64,000 nt of DNA from Eledone cirrhosa (Eukaryota). Under the pieces are notes generated by a model, which saw only the letters and a program-made list of their open reading frames with translations, did no database searches and was not told the origin of the DNA. The position numbers and the translations under genes were made by a program. The DNA lies in NCBI GenBank assembly GCA_964016885.1, contig OZ024740.1:4278001-4342000 (forward strand). The letters run 5' to 3'. Below are positions 24,101 to 39,100 of this stretch, one piece after another (position 1 is the first letter of the stretch; each line of letters opens with the position of its first letter).

Positions 24101-27100
24101 GCATGTCTACCATGTCTGTCTGTGTCTATCTACTACGTCTGTAAGTGTCTGTCTACCCTGTCTGTCTGTGTCTATCTACCATGTCTGTCTGTGTCTATCT
24201 ACCATGTCTGACTGTGCATGTCCACCATGTCTGTCTGTGTCTATCTACCATGTCTGTCTGTGTCTATCTACCATGTCTGTCTGTGTCCGTCTACCATGAC
24301 TGTCTACCAGGTCTACCATGTCTATCTAGCATGTCTGTCTGTGTCTATCTACCATGTCTGTCTGTGCATGTCTACCATGACTGTCTTTGTCTATCTACCT
24401 TGTCTGCCTGTGTCTATCTACCATGTCTGTCTGTGTCTGTCTACCATGTCTGTTTGTGTCTGTCTACCATGTCTGTCTGTGCATGTCTACCATGTCTGTC
24501 TGTGTCTATCTACCTTGTCTGCCTGTGTCTATCTACCATGTCTGTCTGTGTCTGTCTACCATGTCTGTCTGTGTCTATCTACCATGTATGTGTCTGTCTA
24601 CCATGTCTGTCTGTGTCTGTCTACCATGTCTGTATGTGTCTGTCTACCATGTCTGTCTGTATATGTCTACCATGCCTGTCTGTGGCTGACTACCATGTCT
24701 GTATGTGTCTGACTACCATGTCTGTATGTGTCTGTCTACCATGTCTGTCTGTGTCTATCTACCATGTCTGTCTGTGTCTATCTACCATGTCTGTCTGCGT
24801 CTGTCTGTGACTGTCTACCCTGACTGTCTGCATCTGTCTACCATGTCTGTATGTGTCTGTCTACCATGTCTGTCTGTGTCTTTCTACCATGTCTGTCTGT
24901 GTCTATCTACCATGTCTGTCTGTGTCTGTCTAACATGTCTGTCTGTGTCTGTCTGCCATTTCTGTCTGTGTCTGTCTACCATGTCTGTATGTGTCTATCT
25001 ACCCTGTCTGTCTGTGTCTGTCTGCTATGTCTGTCTGTGTCTATCTACCATGTCTGTCTGTGTCTGTCTACCATGTCTGTCTGTGTCTATCTACCATGTC
25101 TGTCTGTGTCTGTCTACCATGTCTGTGTCTATCTACCATGTTTGTCTGTGTCTGTCTACCATGTCTGTCTGTGTCTATCTACCATGTCTGTCTGTGACTG
25201 TCTACCATGTCTGTCTGCGTCTGTCTACCATGTCTGTCTGTGTCTATCTACCATGTCTGTCTGTGTCTGTCTACCACGTCTGTCTGTGTCTATCTACCAT
25301 GTCTGTCTGTGTCTATCTACCATGTCTGTCTGTGTCTGTCTGTGTATATCTACCATGTATGTCTGTGTCTATCTACCATGTCTGTCTGTGTCTATCTACC
25401 ATGTCTGTTTGTGTCTGTCTAACATGTCTGTCTGTATCTATCTACCATGTCTGTGTCTGTCTATCACGTCTGTCTGTGTCTATCTACCATGTCTGTCTGT
25501 GTCTGTCTACCATGTCTGTATGTGTCTGTCTACCATGTCTGTGTGTGTCTGTCTAACATGTCTGTCTGTGTCAGTCTACCATGTCTGTATGTGTCTGTCT
25601 ACCATGTCTGTCTGTGTCTGTCTACCATGTCTGTCTCTGTCTATCTACCAAGTCTGTCTGTGTCTGTCTGTGACTGTCTACCCCGTTTGTCTGTGTCTGT
25701 CTACCATGTCTGTATGTGTCTGTCTACCATGTCTGTTTGTGTCTATCTACCATGTCTGTCTGTGTCTGTCTGTGACTGTCTACCATGTCTGTCTGTGTCT
25801 ATCTACCATGTATGTCTATGTCTGTCTACCATGTCTGCCTGTGTCTGTCTACCATGTCTGTCTGTGTCTGTCTACCATGTCTGTCTGTGTCTGTCTACCA
25901 TGTCTGTCTGTGTCTGTCTATCATATCTGTCTGTGTCTGTCTACCATGTCTGTCTGTGTCTATCTACCATGTCTGCCTGTGTCTATCTACCATGTCTGTC
26001 TGTGTCTATCTACCATGTCTGTCTGTGTCTATCTAGCTTGTCTGTCTGTGTCTATCTACCATGTCTGTCTGTGTCTATCTACCATGTCTGTCTGTGTCTG
26101 TCTACCATGTCTGTGTCTATCTAACATGTCTGTCTGTGTCTGTCTACCATGTCTGTCTGTGTCTGTCTGTGTATATCTACCATGTATGTCTGTGTCTATC
26201 TACCATGTCTGTCTGTGTCTGTCTACCTTGTCTGTCTGTGTCTGTCTACCATGTCTGTATGTGTCTATCTACCAGGTCTGTCTGTGTCTATCTACCATGT
26301 CTGTTTGTGTCTGTCTACCATGTCTGTCTGTGTCTATCTACCATGTCTGTCTGTGTCTGTCTACCATGTCTGTATGTGTCTGTCTACCATGTCTGTCTGT
26401 GTCTGTCTAACATGTCTGTCAGTGTCTGTCTACTATGTCTGTATGTGTCTGTCTACCATGTCTGTCTGTGTCTGTCTAACAAGTCTATCTGTGTCTATCT
26501 ACCATGTCTGTCTGTGTCTGTCTGTGACTGTCTAACCCGTCTGTATGTGTCTGTCTACCATATCTGTTTGTGTCTATCTACCATGTCTGTCTATGTCTGT
26601 CTGTGACTGTCTACCCTGTCTGTCTGTGTCTATCTACCATGTCTGTCTGTGTTTTTCTACCATGTCTGTCTGTGTCTGTCTACCATGTCTGTCTGTGTCT
26701 ATCTACCATGTCTGTCTGTGTCTGTCTACCATGTCTGTCTGTGTCTATCTACCATGTCTCTCTGTGTCTATCTACCATGTCTGTCTGTGTCTATCTACCA
26801 TGTCTGTCTGTGTCTATCTACCATGTCTGTCTGTGTCTGTCTACCATGTCTGTCTGTGTCTGTCTACCATGTCTGTCTATGTCTGTCTATCATATCTGTC
26901 TGTGTCTGTCTACTATGTCTGTCTGTGTTTGTCTACCATGTCTGCCTGTGTCTATCTACCATGTCTGTCTGTGTCTATCTACCATGTCTGTCTGTATCTA
27001 TCTACAATGTCTGTTTGTGTCTATCTACCATGTCTGTGTCTATCTACCTTGTCTGTTTGTGTCTATCTACCATGTCTGTGTCTATCTACCATGTCTGTTT

Positions 27101-30100
27101 GTGTCTATCTACCATGTCTGTCTGTGTCTGTCTACCTTGTCTGTCTGTGTCTGTCTACCATGTCTGTCTGTGTCTATCTACCAGGTCTGTCTGTGTCTAT
27201 CTACCATGTCTGTTTGTGTCTATCTACCATGTCTGTCTGTGTCTGTCTACCTTGTCTGTCTGTGTCTGTCTACCTTGTCTGTCTGTGTCTGTCTACCATG
27301 TCTGTCTGTGTCTATCTACCATGTCTGTTTGTGTCTATCTACCATGTCTGTGTCTATCTACCATGTCTGTTTGTGTCTATCTACCATGTCTGTCTGTGTC
27401 TGTCTACCTTGTCTGTCTGTGTCTGTCTACCATGTCTGTCTGTGTCTATCTACCAGGTCTGTCTGTGTCTATCTACCATGTCTGTCTGTGTCTGTCTACC
27501 ATGTCTGTCTGTGTCTATCTACCATGTCTGTGTCTGTCTATCACGTCTGTCTGTGTCTATCTACCATGTCTGTCTGTATCTGTCTACCATGCCTGTCTGT
27601 GTCTGTCTACCATGTCTGTCTGTGTCTGTCTACCATGTCTGTCTGTGTCTGTCTACCATGTCTGTCTGTGTCTGTCTATCATATCTGTCTGTGTCTGTCT
27701 ACCATGTCTGTCTGTGTCTATCTACCATGTCTGCCTGTGTCTATCTACCATGTCTGTCTGTGTCTATCTATCATGTCTGTCTGTGTCTATCTAGCTTGTC
27801 TGTCCGTGTCTATCTACCATGTCTGTCTGTGTCTATCTACCATGTCTGTCTGTGTCTGTCTACCATGTCTGTGTCTATCTAACATGTCTGTCTGTGTCTG
27901 TCTACCATGTCTGTCTGTGTCTGTCTGTGTATATCTACCATGTATGTCTGTGTCTATCTACCATGTCTGTCTGTGTCTGTCTACCTTGTCTGTCTGTGTC
28001 TGTCTACCATGTCTGTATGTGTCTATCTACCAGGTCTGTCTGTGTCTATCTACCATGTCTGTTTGTGTCTGTCTAACATGTCTGTCTGTGTCTATCTACC
28101 ATGTCTGTCTGTGTCTGTCTACCATGTCTGTATGTGTCTGTCTACCATGTCTGTCTGTGTCTGTCTAACATGTCTGTCAGTGTCTGTCTACTATGTCTGT
28201 ATGTGTCTGTCTACCATGTCTGTCTGTGTCTGTCTAACAAGTCTATCTGTGTCTATCTACCATGTCTGTCTGTGTCTGTCTGTGACTGTCTAACCCGTCT
28301 GTATGTGTCTGTCTACCATATCTGTTTGTGTCTATCTACCATGTCTGTCTGTGTCTGTCTGTGACTGTCTACCCTGTCTGTCTGTGTTTATCTACCATGT
28401 CTGTCTGTGTTTTTCTACCATGTCTGTCTGTGTCTGTCTACCATGTCTGTCTGTGTCTATCTACCATGTCTGTCTGTGTCTGTCTACCATGTCTGTCTGT
28501 GTCTATCTACCATGTCTCTCTGTGTCTATCTACCATGTCTGTCTGTGTCTATCTACCATGTCTGTCTGTGTCTATCTACCATGTCTGTCTGTGTCTGTCT
28601 ACCATGTCTGTCTGTGTCTGTCTACCATGTCTGTCTATGTCTGTCTATCATATCTGTCTGTGTCTGTCTACTATGTCTGTCTGTATGTATCTACCATGTA
28701 TGTCTGTGTCTGTCTACCATGTCTGCCTGTGTTTGTCTACCATGTCTGCCTGTGTCTATCTACCATGTCTGTCTGTGTCTATCTACCATGTCTGTCTGTA
28801 TCTATCTACCATGTCTGTTTGTGTCTATCTACCATGTCTGTGTCTATCTACCTTGTCTGTCTGTGTCTATCTACCATGTCTGTTTGTGTCTATCTACCAG
28901 GTATGTCTGTGTCTATCTACCATGTCTGTCCGTGTCTGTCTACCATGTCTGTATGTGTCTCTCTACCATGTCTGTCTGTGTCTGTCTAACATGTCTGTCT
29001 GTGTCTGTCTACCATGTCTGTCTGTGTCTGTCTACCATGTCTGTCTGTGTCTATCTACCATGTCTGTCTGTGTCTGTCTGTGACTGTCTACCCTGTCTGT
29101 CTACAATGTCTGTCTGTGTCTATCTACCATGTATGTCTATGTCTGTCTACCATGTCTGTCTGTGTCTGTCTACCATGTCTGTCTGTGTCTGTCTACCATG
29201 TCTGTCTGTGTCTGTCTACCATGTCTGTCTGCGTCTGTCTATCATATCTGTCTGTGTCTGTCTACCATGTCTGTCTGTGTCTATCTACCATGTCTGCCTG
29301 TGTCTATCTACCATGTCTGTCTGTGTCTATCTACCATGTCTGTCTGTGTCTATCTAGCTTGTCTGTCTGTGTCTATCTACCATGTCTGTCTGTGTCTATC
29401 TACCATGTCTGTCTGTGTCTGTCTACCATGTCTGTGTCTATCTAACATGTCTGTCTGTGTCTGTCTACCATGTCTGTCTGTGTCTGTCTGTGTATATCTA
29501 CCATGTATGTTTGTGTCTATCTACCATGTCTGTCTGTGTCTGTCTACCATGTCTGTCTGTGTCTATCTACCAGGTCTGTCTGTGTCTGTCTACCATGTCT
29601 GTCTGTGTCTGTCTACCATGTCTGTATGTGTCTATCTACCAGGTCTGTCTGTGTCTATCTACCATGTCTGTTTGTGTCTGTCTACCATATCTGTTTGTGT
29701 CTATCTACCATGTCTGTCTGTGTCTGTCTGTGACTGTCTACCATGTCTGTCTGTGTCTGTCTACCATGTCTGTCTGTGTCTATCTACCATGTCTGTCTGT
29801 GTCTGTCTACCATGTCTGTCTGTGTCTATCTACCATGTCTCTCTGTGTCTATCTACCATGTCTGTCTGTGTCTATCTACCATGTCTGTGTCTATCTACCA
29901 TGTCTGTCTATGTCTGTCTACCATGTCTGTCTGTGTCTGTCTACCATGTCTGTCTATGTCTGTCTATCATATCTGTCTGTGTCTGTCTACCATGTCTGTC
30001 TGTATGTATCTACCATGTATGTCTGTGTCTGTCTACCATGTCTGTCTGTGTTTGTCTGCCATGTCTGCCTGTGTCTATCTACCATGTCTGTCTGTGTCTA

Positions 30101-33100
30101 TCTACCATGTCTGTCTTTGTCTATCTACCATGTCTGTCTGTGTCTATCTACCATGTCTGTGTCTATCTACCTTGTCTGTCTGTGTCTATCTACCATGTCT
30201 GTTTGTGTCTATCTACCTTGTCTGTCTGTGTCTATCTACCATGTCTGTCTGTGTCTGTCTACCTTGTCTGTCTGTGTCTGTCTACAATGTCTGTCTGTGT
30301 CTATCTACCAGGTCTGTCTGTGTCTATCTATCATGTCTGTCTGTGTCTGTCTACCATGTCTGTCTGTGTCTATCTACCATGTCTGTGTCTGTCTATCACG
30401 TCTGTCTGTGTCTATCTACCATGTCTGTTTGTGTCTATCTACCATGTCTGTCTGTGTCTGTCTACCTTGTCTGTCTGTGTCTGTCTACAATGTCTGTCTG
30501 TGTCTATCTACCAGGTCTGTCTGTGTCTATCTATCATGTCTGTCTGTGTCTGTCTACCATGTCTGTCTGTGTCTATCTACCATGTCTGTGTCTGTCTATC
30601 ACGTCTGTCTGTGTCTATCTACCATGTCTGTCTGTGTCTATCTATCATGACTGTCTGTGTCTGTCTACCACTCTGTATGTGTCTATCTAACATGTCTGTC
30701 TGTGTCTGTCTACCATGTCTGTCTGTGTCTGTCTGTGTATATCTACCATGTATGTCTGTGTCTATCTACCATGTCTGTCTGTGTCTGTCTACCTTGTCTG
30801 TCTGTGTCTGTCTACCATGTCTGTATGTGTCTATCTACCAGGTCTGTCTGTGTCTATCTACCATGTCTGTTTGTGTCTGTCTAACATGTCTGTCTGTGTC
30901 TATCTACCATGTCTGTCTGTGTCTGTCTACCATGTCTGTATGTGTCTGTCTACCATGTCTGTCTGTGTCTGTCTAACATGTCTGTCAGTGTCTGTCTACT
31001 ATGTCTGTATGTGTCTGTCTACCATGTCTGTCTGTGTCTGTCTAACAAGTCTATCTGTGTCTATCTACCATGTCTGTCTGTGTCTGTCTGTGACTGTCTA
31101 ACCCGTCTGTATGTGTCTGTCTACCATATCTGTTTGTGTCTATCTACCATGTCTGTCTGTGTCTGTCTGTGACTGTCTACCCTGTCTGTCTGTGTTTATC
31201 TACCATGTCTGTCTGTGTTTTTCTACCATGTCTGTCTGTGTCTGTCTACCATGTCTGTCTGTGTCTATCTACCATGTCTGTCTGTGTCTGTCTACCATGT
31301 CTGTCTGTGTCTATCTACCATGTCTCTCTGTGTCTATCTACCATGTCTGTCTGTGTCTATCTACCATGTCTGTCTGTGTCTATCTACCATGTCTGTCTGT
31401 GTCTGTCTACCATGTCTGTCTGTGTCTGTCTACCATGTCTGTCTATGTCTGTCTATCATATCTGTCTGTGTCTGTCTACTATGTCTGTCTGTATGTATCT
31501 ACCATGTATGTCTGTGTCTGTCTACCATGTCTGCCTGTGTTTGTCTACCATGTCTGCCTGTGTCTATCTACCATGTCTGTCTGTGTCTATCTACCATCTC
31601 TGTCTGTATCTATCTACCATGTCTGTTTGTGTCTATCTACCATGTCTGTGTCTATCTACCTTGTCTGTCTGTGTCTATCTACCATGTCTGTTTGTGTCTA
31701 TCTACCAGGTATGTCTGTGTCTATCTACCATGTCTGTCCGTGTCTGTCTACCATGTCTGTATGTGTCTCTCTACCATGTCTGTCTGTGTCTGTCTAACAT
31801 GTCTGTCTGTGTCTGTCTACCATGTCTGTCTGTGTCTGTCTACCATGTCTGTCTGTGTCTATCTACCATGTCTGTCTGTGTCTGTCTGTGACTGTCTACC
31901 CTGTCTGTCTACAATGTCTGTCTGTGTCTATCTACCATGTATGTCTATGTCTGTCTACCATGTCTGTCTGTGTCTGTCTACCATGTCTGTCTGTGTCTGT
32001 CTACCATGTCTGTCTGTGTCTGTCTACCATGTCTGTCTGCGTCTGTCTATCATATCTGTCTGTGTCTGTCTACCATGTCTGTCTGTGTCTATCTACCATG
32101 TCTGCCTGTGTCTATCTACCATGTCTGTCTGTGTCTATCTACCATGTCTGTCTGTGTCTATCTAGCTTGTCTGTCTGTGTCTATCTACCATGTCTGTCTG
32201 TGTCTATCTACCATGTCTGTCTGTGTCTGTCTACCATGTCTGTGTCTATCTAACATGTCTGTCTGTGTCTGTCTACCATGTCTGTCTGTGTCTGTCTGTG
32301 TATATCTACCATGTATGTTTGTGTCTATCTACCATGTCTGTCTGTGTCTGTCTACCATGTCTGTCTGTGTCTATCTACCAGGTCTGTCTGTGTCTGTCTA
32401 CCATGTCTGTCTGTGTCTGTCTACCATGTCTGTATGTGTCTATCTACCAGGTCTGTCTGTGTCTATCTACCATGTCTGTTTGTGTCTGTCTACCATATCT
32501 GTTTGTGTCTATCTACCATGTCTGTCTGTGTCTGTCTGTGACTGTCTACCATGTCTGTCTGTGTCTGTCTACCATGTCTGTCTGTGTCTATCTACCATGT
32601 CTGTCTGTGTCTGTCTACCATGTCTGTCTGTGTCTATCTACCATGTCTCTCTGTGTCTATCTACCATGTCTGTCTGTGTCTATCTACCATGTCTGTGTCT
32701 ATCTACCATGTCTGTCTATGTCTGTCTACCATGTCTGTCTGTGTCTGTCTACCATGTCTGTCTATGTCTGTCTATCATATCTGTCTGTGTCTGTCTACCA
32801 TGTCTGTCTGTATGTATCTACCATGTATGTCTGTGTCTGTCTACCATGTCTGTCTGTGTTTGTCTGCCATGTCTGCCTGTGTCTATCTACCATGTCTGTC
32901 TGTGTCTATCTACCATGTCTGTCTTTGTCTATCTACCATGTCTGTCTGTGTCTATCTACCATGTCTGTGTCTATCTACCTTGTCTGTCTGTGTCTATCTA
33001 CCATGTCTGTTTGTGTCTATCTACCTTGTCTGTCTGTGTCTATCTACCATGTCTGTCTGTGTCTGTCTACCTTGTCTGTCTGTGTCTGTCTACAATGTCT

Positions 33101-36100
33101 GTCTGTGTCTATCTACCAGGTCTGTCTGTGTCTATCTATCATGTCTGTCTGTGTCTGTCTACCATGTCTGTCTGTGTCTATCTACCATGTCTGTGTCTGT
33201 CTATCACGTCTGTCTGTGTCTATCTACCATGTCTGTTTGTGTCTATCTACCATGTCTGTCTGTGTCTGTCTACCTTGTCTGTCTGTGTCTGTCTACAATG
33301 TCTGTCTGTGTCTATCTACCAGGTCTGTCTGTGTCTATCTATCATGTCTGTCTGTGTCTGTCTACCATGTCTGTCTGTGTCTATCTACCATGTCTGTGTC
33401 TGTCTATCACGTCTGTCTGTGTCTATCTACCATGTCTGTCTGTGTCTATCTATCATGACTGTCTGTGTCTGTCTACCACTCTGTATGTGTCTGTCTACCA
33501 TGTCTGTCTGTGTCTGTCTACCATGCCTGTCTGTGTCTGTCTACCATGTCTGTCTGTGTCTGTCTGCGTCTGTCTACCATGGCTGTATGCGTCTGTCTAC
33601 CATGTCTGTTTGTGTCTATCTACCATGTCTGTCTGTGTCTGTCTACCATGTCTATATGTGTCTTTCTACCATGTCTGTCTGTGTCTATCTACCATGTCTG
33701 TCTGTGTCTGACTACCATGTCTCTCTGTGTCTGTCTACCATGTCTGTCTGTGTTTGTCTACCATGTCTGTCTGTGTCTATCTACCATGTCTGTCTGTGTC
33801 TGCCTACCATGTCTGCCTGTGTCTATCTACCATATCTGTCTGTGTCTATCTACCATGTCTGTCTGTGTCTGTCTGTGTCTATCTACCATGTCTGTCTGTG
33901 TCTATCTACCATGTTTCTCTGTGTCTATCTACCATGCCTGTCTGTGTCTATCTACCATGTCTGTCTGTGTCTGTCTACCATGTCTGTCTCTGTCTGTCTA
34001 CCATGTCTGTCTGTGTCTGTCTATCATATCTGTCTCTCTACCATGTCTGTCTGTGTGTATCTACCATGTATGTCTGAGTCTGTCTACCATGTCTGTCTGT
34101 GTTTGTCTACCATGTCTGCCTGTGTCTATCTACCATGTATGTCTGTGTCTATCTACCATGTCTCTCTGTGTCTATCTACCATGTCTGTCCGTGTCTGTCT
34201 ACCATGTCTGTATGTGTCTGTCTACCATGTCTGTCTGTGTCTGTCTACCATGTCTGTCTGTGTCTATCTACCATGTCTGTCTGTGTCTGTCTGTGACTGT
34301 CTACCCCGTCTGTCTGTGTCTGTCTACCATGTCTGTATGTGTCTGTCTACCATGTCTGTTTGTGTCTATCTACCATGTCTGTCTGTGTCTGTCTGTGACT
34401 GTCTACCCTGTCTGTCTGTGTCTGTCTACCATATCTGTCTGTGTCTATCTACCCTGTCTGTCTGTGTCTCTCTGTGACTGTCTACCCTGTATGTCTGTGT
34501 CTGTCTACCATGTCTGTCTGTGTCTGTCTATCACGTCTGTCTGTGTCTATCTACCATGTCTGTCTGTGTCTGTCTACCATGTCTGTCTGTGTCTGTCTAC
34601 CATGTCTGTCTGTGTCTGTCTAACATGTCTGTTCGTGTCTATCTACCATGTCTGTCTGTGACTGTCTACCCTGTCTGTTTTTGTCTATCTACCATGTCTG
34701 TCTGTGTTTTTCTACCATGTCTGTCTGTGTCTGTCTACCATGTCTGTCTGTGTCTATCTACCATGTCTGTCTGTGTCTGTCTACCATGTCTGTCTGTGTC
34801 TATCTACCATGTCTGTCTGTGTTTGTCTACCATGCCTGTCTGTGTCTGTCTACCATGTCTGTTTGTGTTTGTCTACCATGTCTGTCTGTGTCTATCTACC
34901 ATGTCTGTCTGTGTCTATCTACCATGTCTGTCTGTGTCTGTCTACCAAGTATGTCTGTGTCTATCTACCATGTCTGTTTGTGTCTATCTACCATGTCTGT
35001 CTGTGTCTGTCTGCCATGTCTGTCTGTGTCTATCTACCATGTCTGTCTGTGTATGTCTACCATGTCTGTCTGTGTCTATCTACCATGTCTGTCTGTTTCT
35101 TTCTACCATGTCTGTGTCTATCTACCATGTCTGTCTGTGTCTGTCTACCATGTCTGTCTGTGTCTATCTACCATGTCTGTCTGTGTCTGTCTGTTACTGT
35201 CTACCATGTCTGTCTGCGTCTGTCTACCATGTCTGTCTGTGTCTGTCTACCACGTCTGTCTGTGTCTGTCTACCATGTCTGTCTGTGTCTATCTACCATG
35301 TCTGTCTATGTCTGACTACCATGTCTGTCTGTGTCTGACTACCATGTCTCTCTGTGTCTGTCTACCATGTCTGTCTGTGTTTGTCTACCATGTCTGTCTG
35401 TGTCTATCTACCATGTCTGTCTGTGTCTGCCTACCATGTCTGCCTGTGTCTATCTACCATATCTGTCTGTGTCTATCTACCATGTCTGTCTGTGTCTGTC
35501 TGTGTCTATCTACCATGTCTGTCTGTGTCTATCTACCATGTTTCTCTGTGTCTATCTACCATGTCTGTCTGTGTCTATCTACCATGTCTGTCTGTGTCTG
35601 TCTACCATGTCTGTCTCTGTCTGTCTACCATGTCTGTCTGTGTCTGTCTATCATATCTGTCTCTCTACCATGTCTGTCTGCGTGTATCTACCATGTATGT
35701 CTGAGTCTGTCTACCATGTCTGTCTGTGTTTGTCTACCATGTCTGCCTGTGTCTATCTACCATGTATGTCTGTGTCTATCTACCATGTCTCTCTGTGTCT
35801 ATCTACCATGTCTGTCCGTGTCTGTCTACCATGTCTGTATGTGTCTCTCTACCATGTCTGTCTGTGTCTGTCTAACATGTCTGTCTGTGTCTGTCTACCA
35901 TGTCTGTATGTGTCTGTCTACCATGTCTGTCTGTGTCTGTCTACCATGTCTGTCTGTGTCTATCTACCATGTCTGTCTGTGTCTGTCTGTGACTGTCTAC
36001 CCCGTCTGTCTGTGTCTGTCTACCATGTCTGTATGTGTCTGTCTACCATGTCTGTTTGTGTCTACCTACCATGTCTGTCTGTGTCTGTCTGTGACTGTCT

Positions 36101-39100
36101 ACCCTGTCTGTCTGTGTCTGTCTACCATATCTGTCTGTGTCTATCTACCCTGTCTGTCTGTGTCTCTCTGTGACTGTCTACCCTGTATGTCTGTGTCTGT
36201 CTACCATGTCTGTCTGTGTCTGTCTATCACGTCTGTCTGTGTCTATCTACCATGTCTGTCTGTGTCTGTCTACCATGTCTGTCTGTGTCTGTCTACCATG
36301 TCTGTCTGTGTCTGTCTAACATGTCTGTTCGTGTCTATCTACCATGTCTGTCTGTGTCTGTCTACCATGTCTGTCTGTGTCTATCTACCTTGTCTGACTG
36401 TGTCTATCTACCATGTCTCTCTGTGTCTATCTACCATGTCTGTCCGTGTCTGTCTACCATGTCTGTATGTGTCTCTCTACCATGTCTGTCTGTGTCTGTC
36501 TACCATGTCTGTGTGTGTCTGTCTACCATGTCTGTATGTGTCTGTCTACCATGTCTGTCTGTGTCTGTCTACCATGTCTGTCTGTGTCTATCTACCATGT
36601 CTGTCTGTGTCTGTCTGTGACTGACTACCCCGTCTGTCTGTGTCTGTCTACCATGTCTGTATGTGTCTGTCTACCATGTCTGTTTGTGTCTATCTACCAT
36701 GTCTGTCTGTGTCTGTCTGTGACTGTCTACCCTGTCTGTCTGTGTCTGTCTACCATATCTGTCTGTGTCTATCTACCCTGTCTGTCTGTGTCTCTCTGTG
36801 ACTGTCTACCATGTATGTCTGTGACTGTCTACCATGTATGTCTGTGTCTGTCTACCATGTCTGTCTGTGTCTGTCTATCACGTCTGTCTGTGTCTATCTA
36901 CCATGTCTGTCTGTGTCTGTCTACCATGTCTGTCTGTGTCTGTCTACCATGTCTGTCTGTGTCTGTCTAACATGTCTGTTCGTGTCTATCTACCATGTCT
37001 GTCTGTGTCTGTCTGCCATGTCTGTCTGTGTCTATCTACCTTGTCTGACTGTGTCTATCTACCTTGTCTGCCTGTGTCTATCTACCATGTCTGTCTGTGT
37101 CTATCTACCATGTCTGTCTGTGTCTGTCTACCATGTCTGTCTGTGTATGTCTACCATGTCTGTCTGTGTCTATCTACCATGTCTGTCTGTGTCTGTCTAC
37201 CATGTATGTGTCTATCTACCATGTCTGTCTGTGTCTATCTACCATGTCTGTCTGTGTCTATCTACCATGTCTGTCTGTGTCTGTCTGTGACTGTCTACCA
37301 TGTCTGTCTGCGTCTGTCTACCATGTCTGTCTGTGTCTATCTACCATGTCTGTCTGTGTCTGTCTACCACGTCTGTCTGTGTCTATCTACCATGTCTGTC
37401 TGTGTCTATCTACCATGTCTGTCTGTGTCTGTCTATCATGTCTGTCTGTGTCTATCTACCATGTCTGTCTGTGTCTGTCTACCATGTCTGTCTGTGTCTG
37501 TCTACCATGTCTGTCTGTGTCTGTCTGTGTATATCTACCATGTATGTCTGTGTCTATCTACCATGTCTGTCTGTGTCTGTCTACCATGTCTGTCTGTGTC
37601 TATCTACCAGGTCTGTCTGTGTCTATCTACCATGTCTGTTTGTGTCTGTCTACCATGTCTGTCTGTATCTATCTACCATGTCTGTGTCTGACTATCACGT
37701 CTGTCTGTGTCTATCTACCATGTCTGTCTGTGTCTGTCTACCATGTCTGTATGTGTCTGTCTACCATGTCTGTGTGTGTCTGTCTAACATGTCTGTCTGT
37801 GTCTGTCTACCATGTCTGTATGTGTCTGTCTACCATGTCTGTATGTGTCTGTCTACCATGTCTGTCTCTGTCTATCTACCATCTCTGTCTGTGTCTGTCT
37901 GTGACTGTCTACCCCGTTTGTCTGTGTCTGTCTACCATGTCTGTATGTGTCTGTCTACCATGTCTGTTTGTGTTTATCTACCATGTCTGTCTGTGTCTGT
38001 CTGTGACTGTCTACCCTGTCTGTCTACCATGTCTGTCTGTGTCTATCTACCATGTATGTCTATGTCTGTCTACCATGTCTGTCTGTGTCTGTCTACCATG
38101 TCTGTCTGTGTCTGTCTACCATGTCTGTCTGTGTCTGTCTACCATGTCTGTCTGTGTCTGTCTATCATATCTGTCTGTGTCTGTCTACCATGTCTGTCTG
38201 TGTGTATCTACCATGTATGACTGTGTCTGTCTACGATGTCTGTCTATGTTTGTCTACCATGTCTGCCTGTGTCTATCTACCATGTCTGTCTGTGTCTATC
38301 TACCATGTCTGTCTGTGTCTGTCTACCATGTCTGTCTGTGTCTATCTACCATGTCTGCCTGTGTCTATCTAACATGTCTGTCTGTGTCTATCTACCATGT
38401 CTGTCTGTGTCTATCTAGCTTGTCTGTCTGTGTCTATCTACCATGTCTGTCTGTGTCTATCTACCATGTCTGTCTGTGTCTGTCTACCATGTCTGTGTCT
38501 ATCTACCATGTCTGTCTGTGTCTGTCTACAATGTCTGTCTGTGTCTGTCTGTGTATATCTACCATGTATGTCTGTGTCTATCTACCATGTCTGTCTGTGT
38601 CTGTCTACCTTGTCTGTCTATGTCTGTCTACCATGTCTGTATGTGTCTATCTACCAGGTCTGTCTGTGTCTATCTACCATGTCTGTTTGTGTCTGTCTAC
38701 CGTGTCTGTATGTGTCTGTCTACCATGTCTGTCTGTGTCTGTCTAACATGTCTGTCTGTGTCTGTCTACTATGTCTGTATGTGTCTGTCTACCATGTCTG
38801 TCTGTGTCTGTCTAACAAGTCTATCTGTGTCTATCTACCATGTCTGTCTGTGTCTGTCTGTGACTGTCTAACCCGTCTGTATGTGTCTGTCTACCATATC
38901 TGTTTGTGTCTATCTACCATGTCTGTCTGTGTCTGTCTGTGACTGTCTACCCTGTCTGTTTTTGTCTATCTACCATGTCTGTCTGTGTTTTTCTACCATG
39001 TCTGTCTGTGTCTGTCTACCATGTCTGTCTGTGTCTATCTACCATGTCTGTCTGTGTCTGTCTACCATGTCTGTCTGTGTCTATCTACCATGTCTCTCTG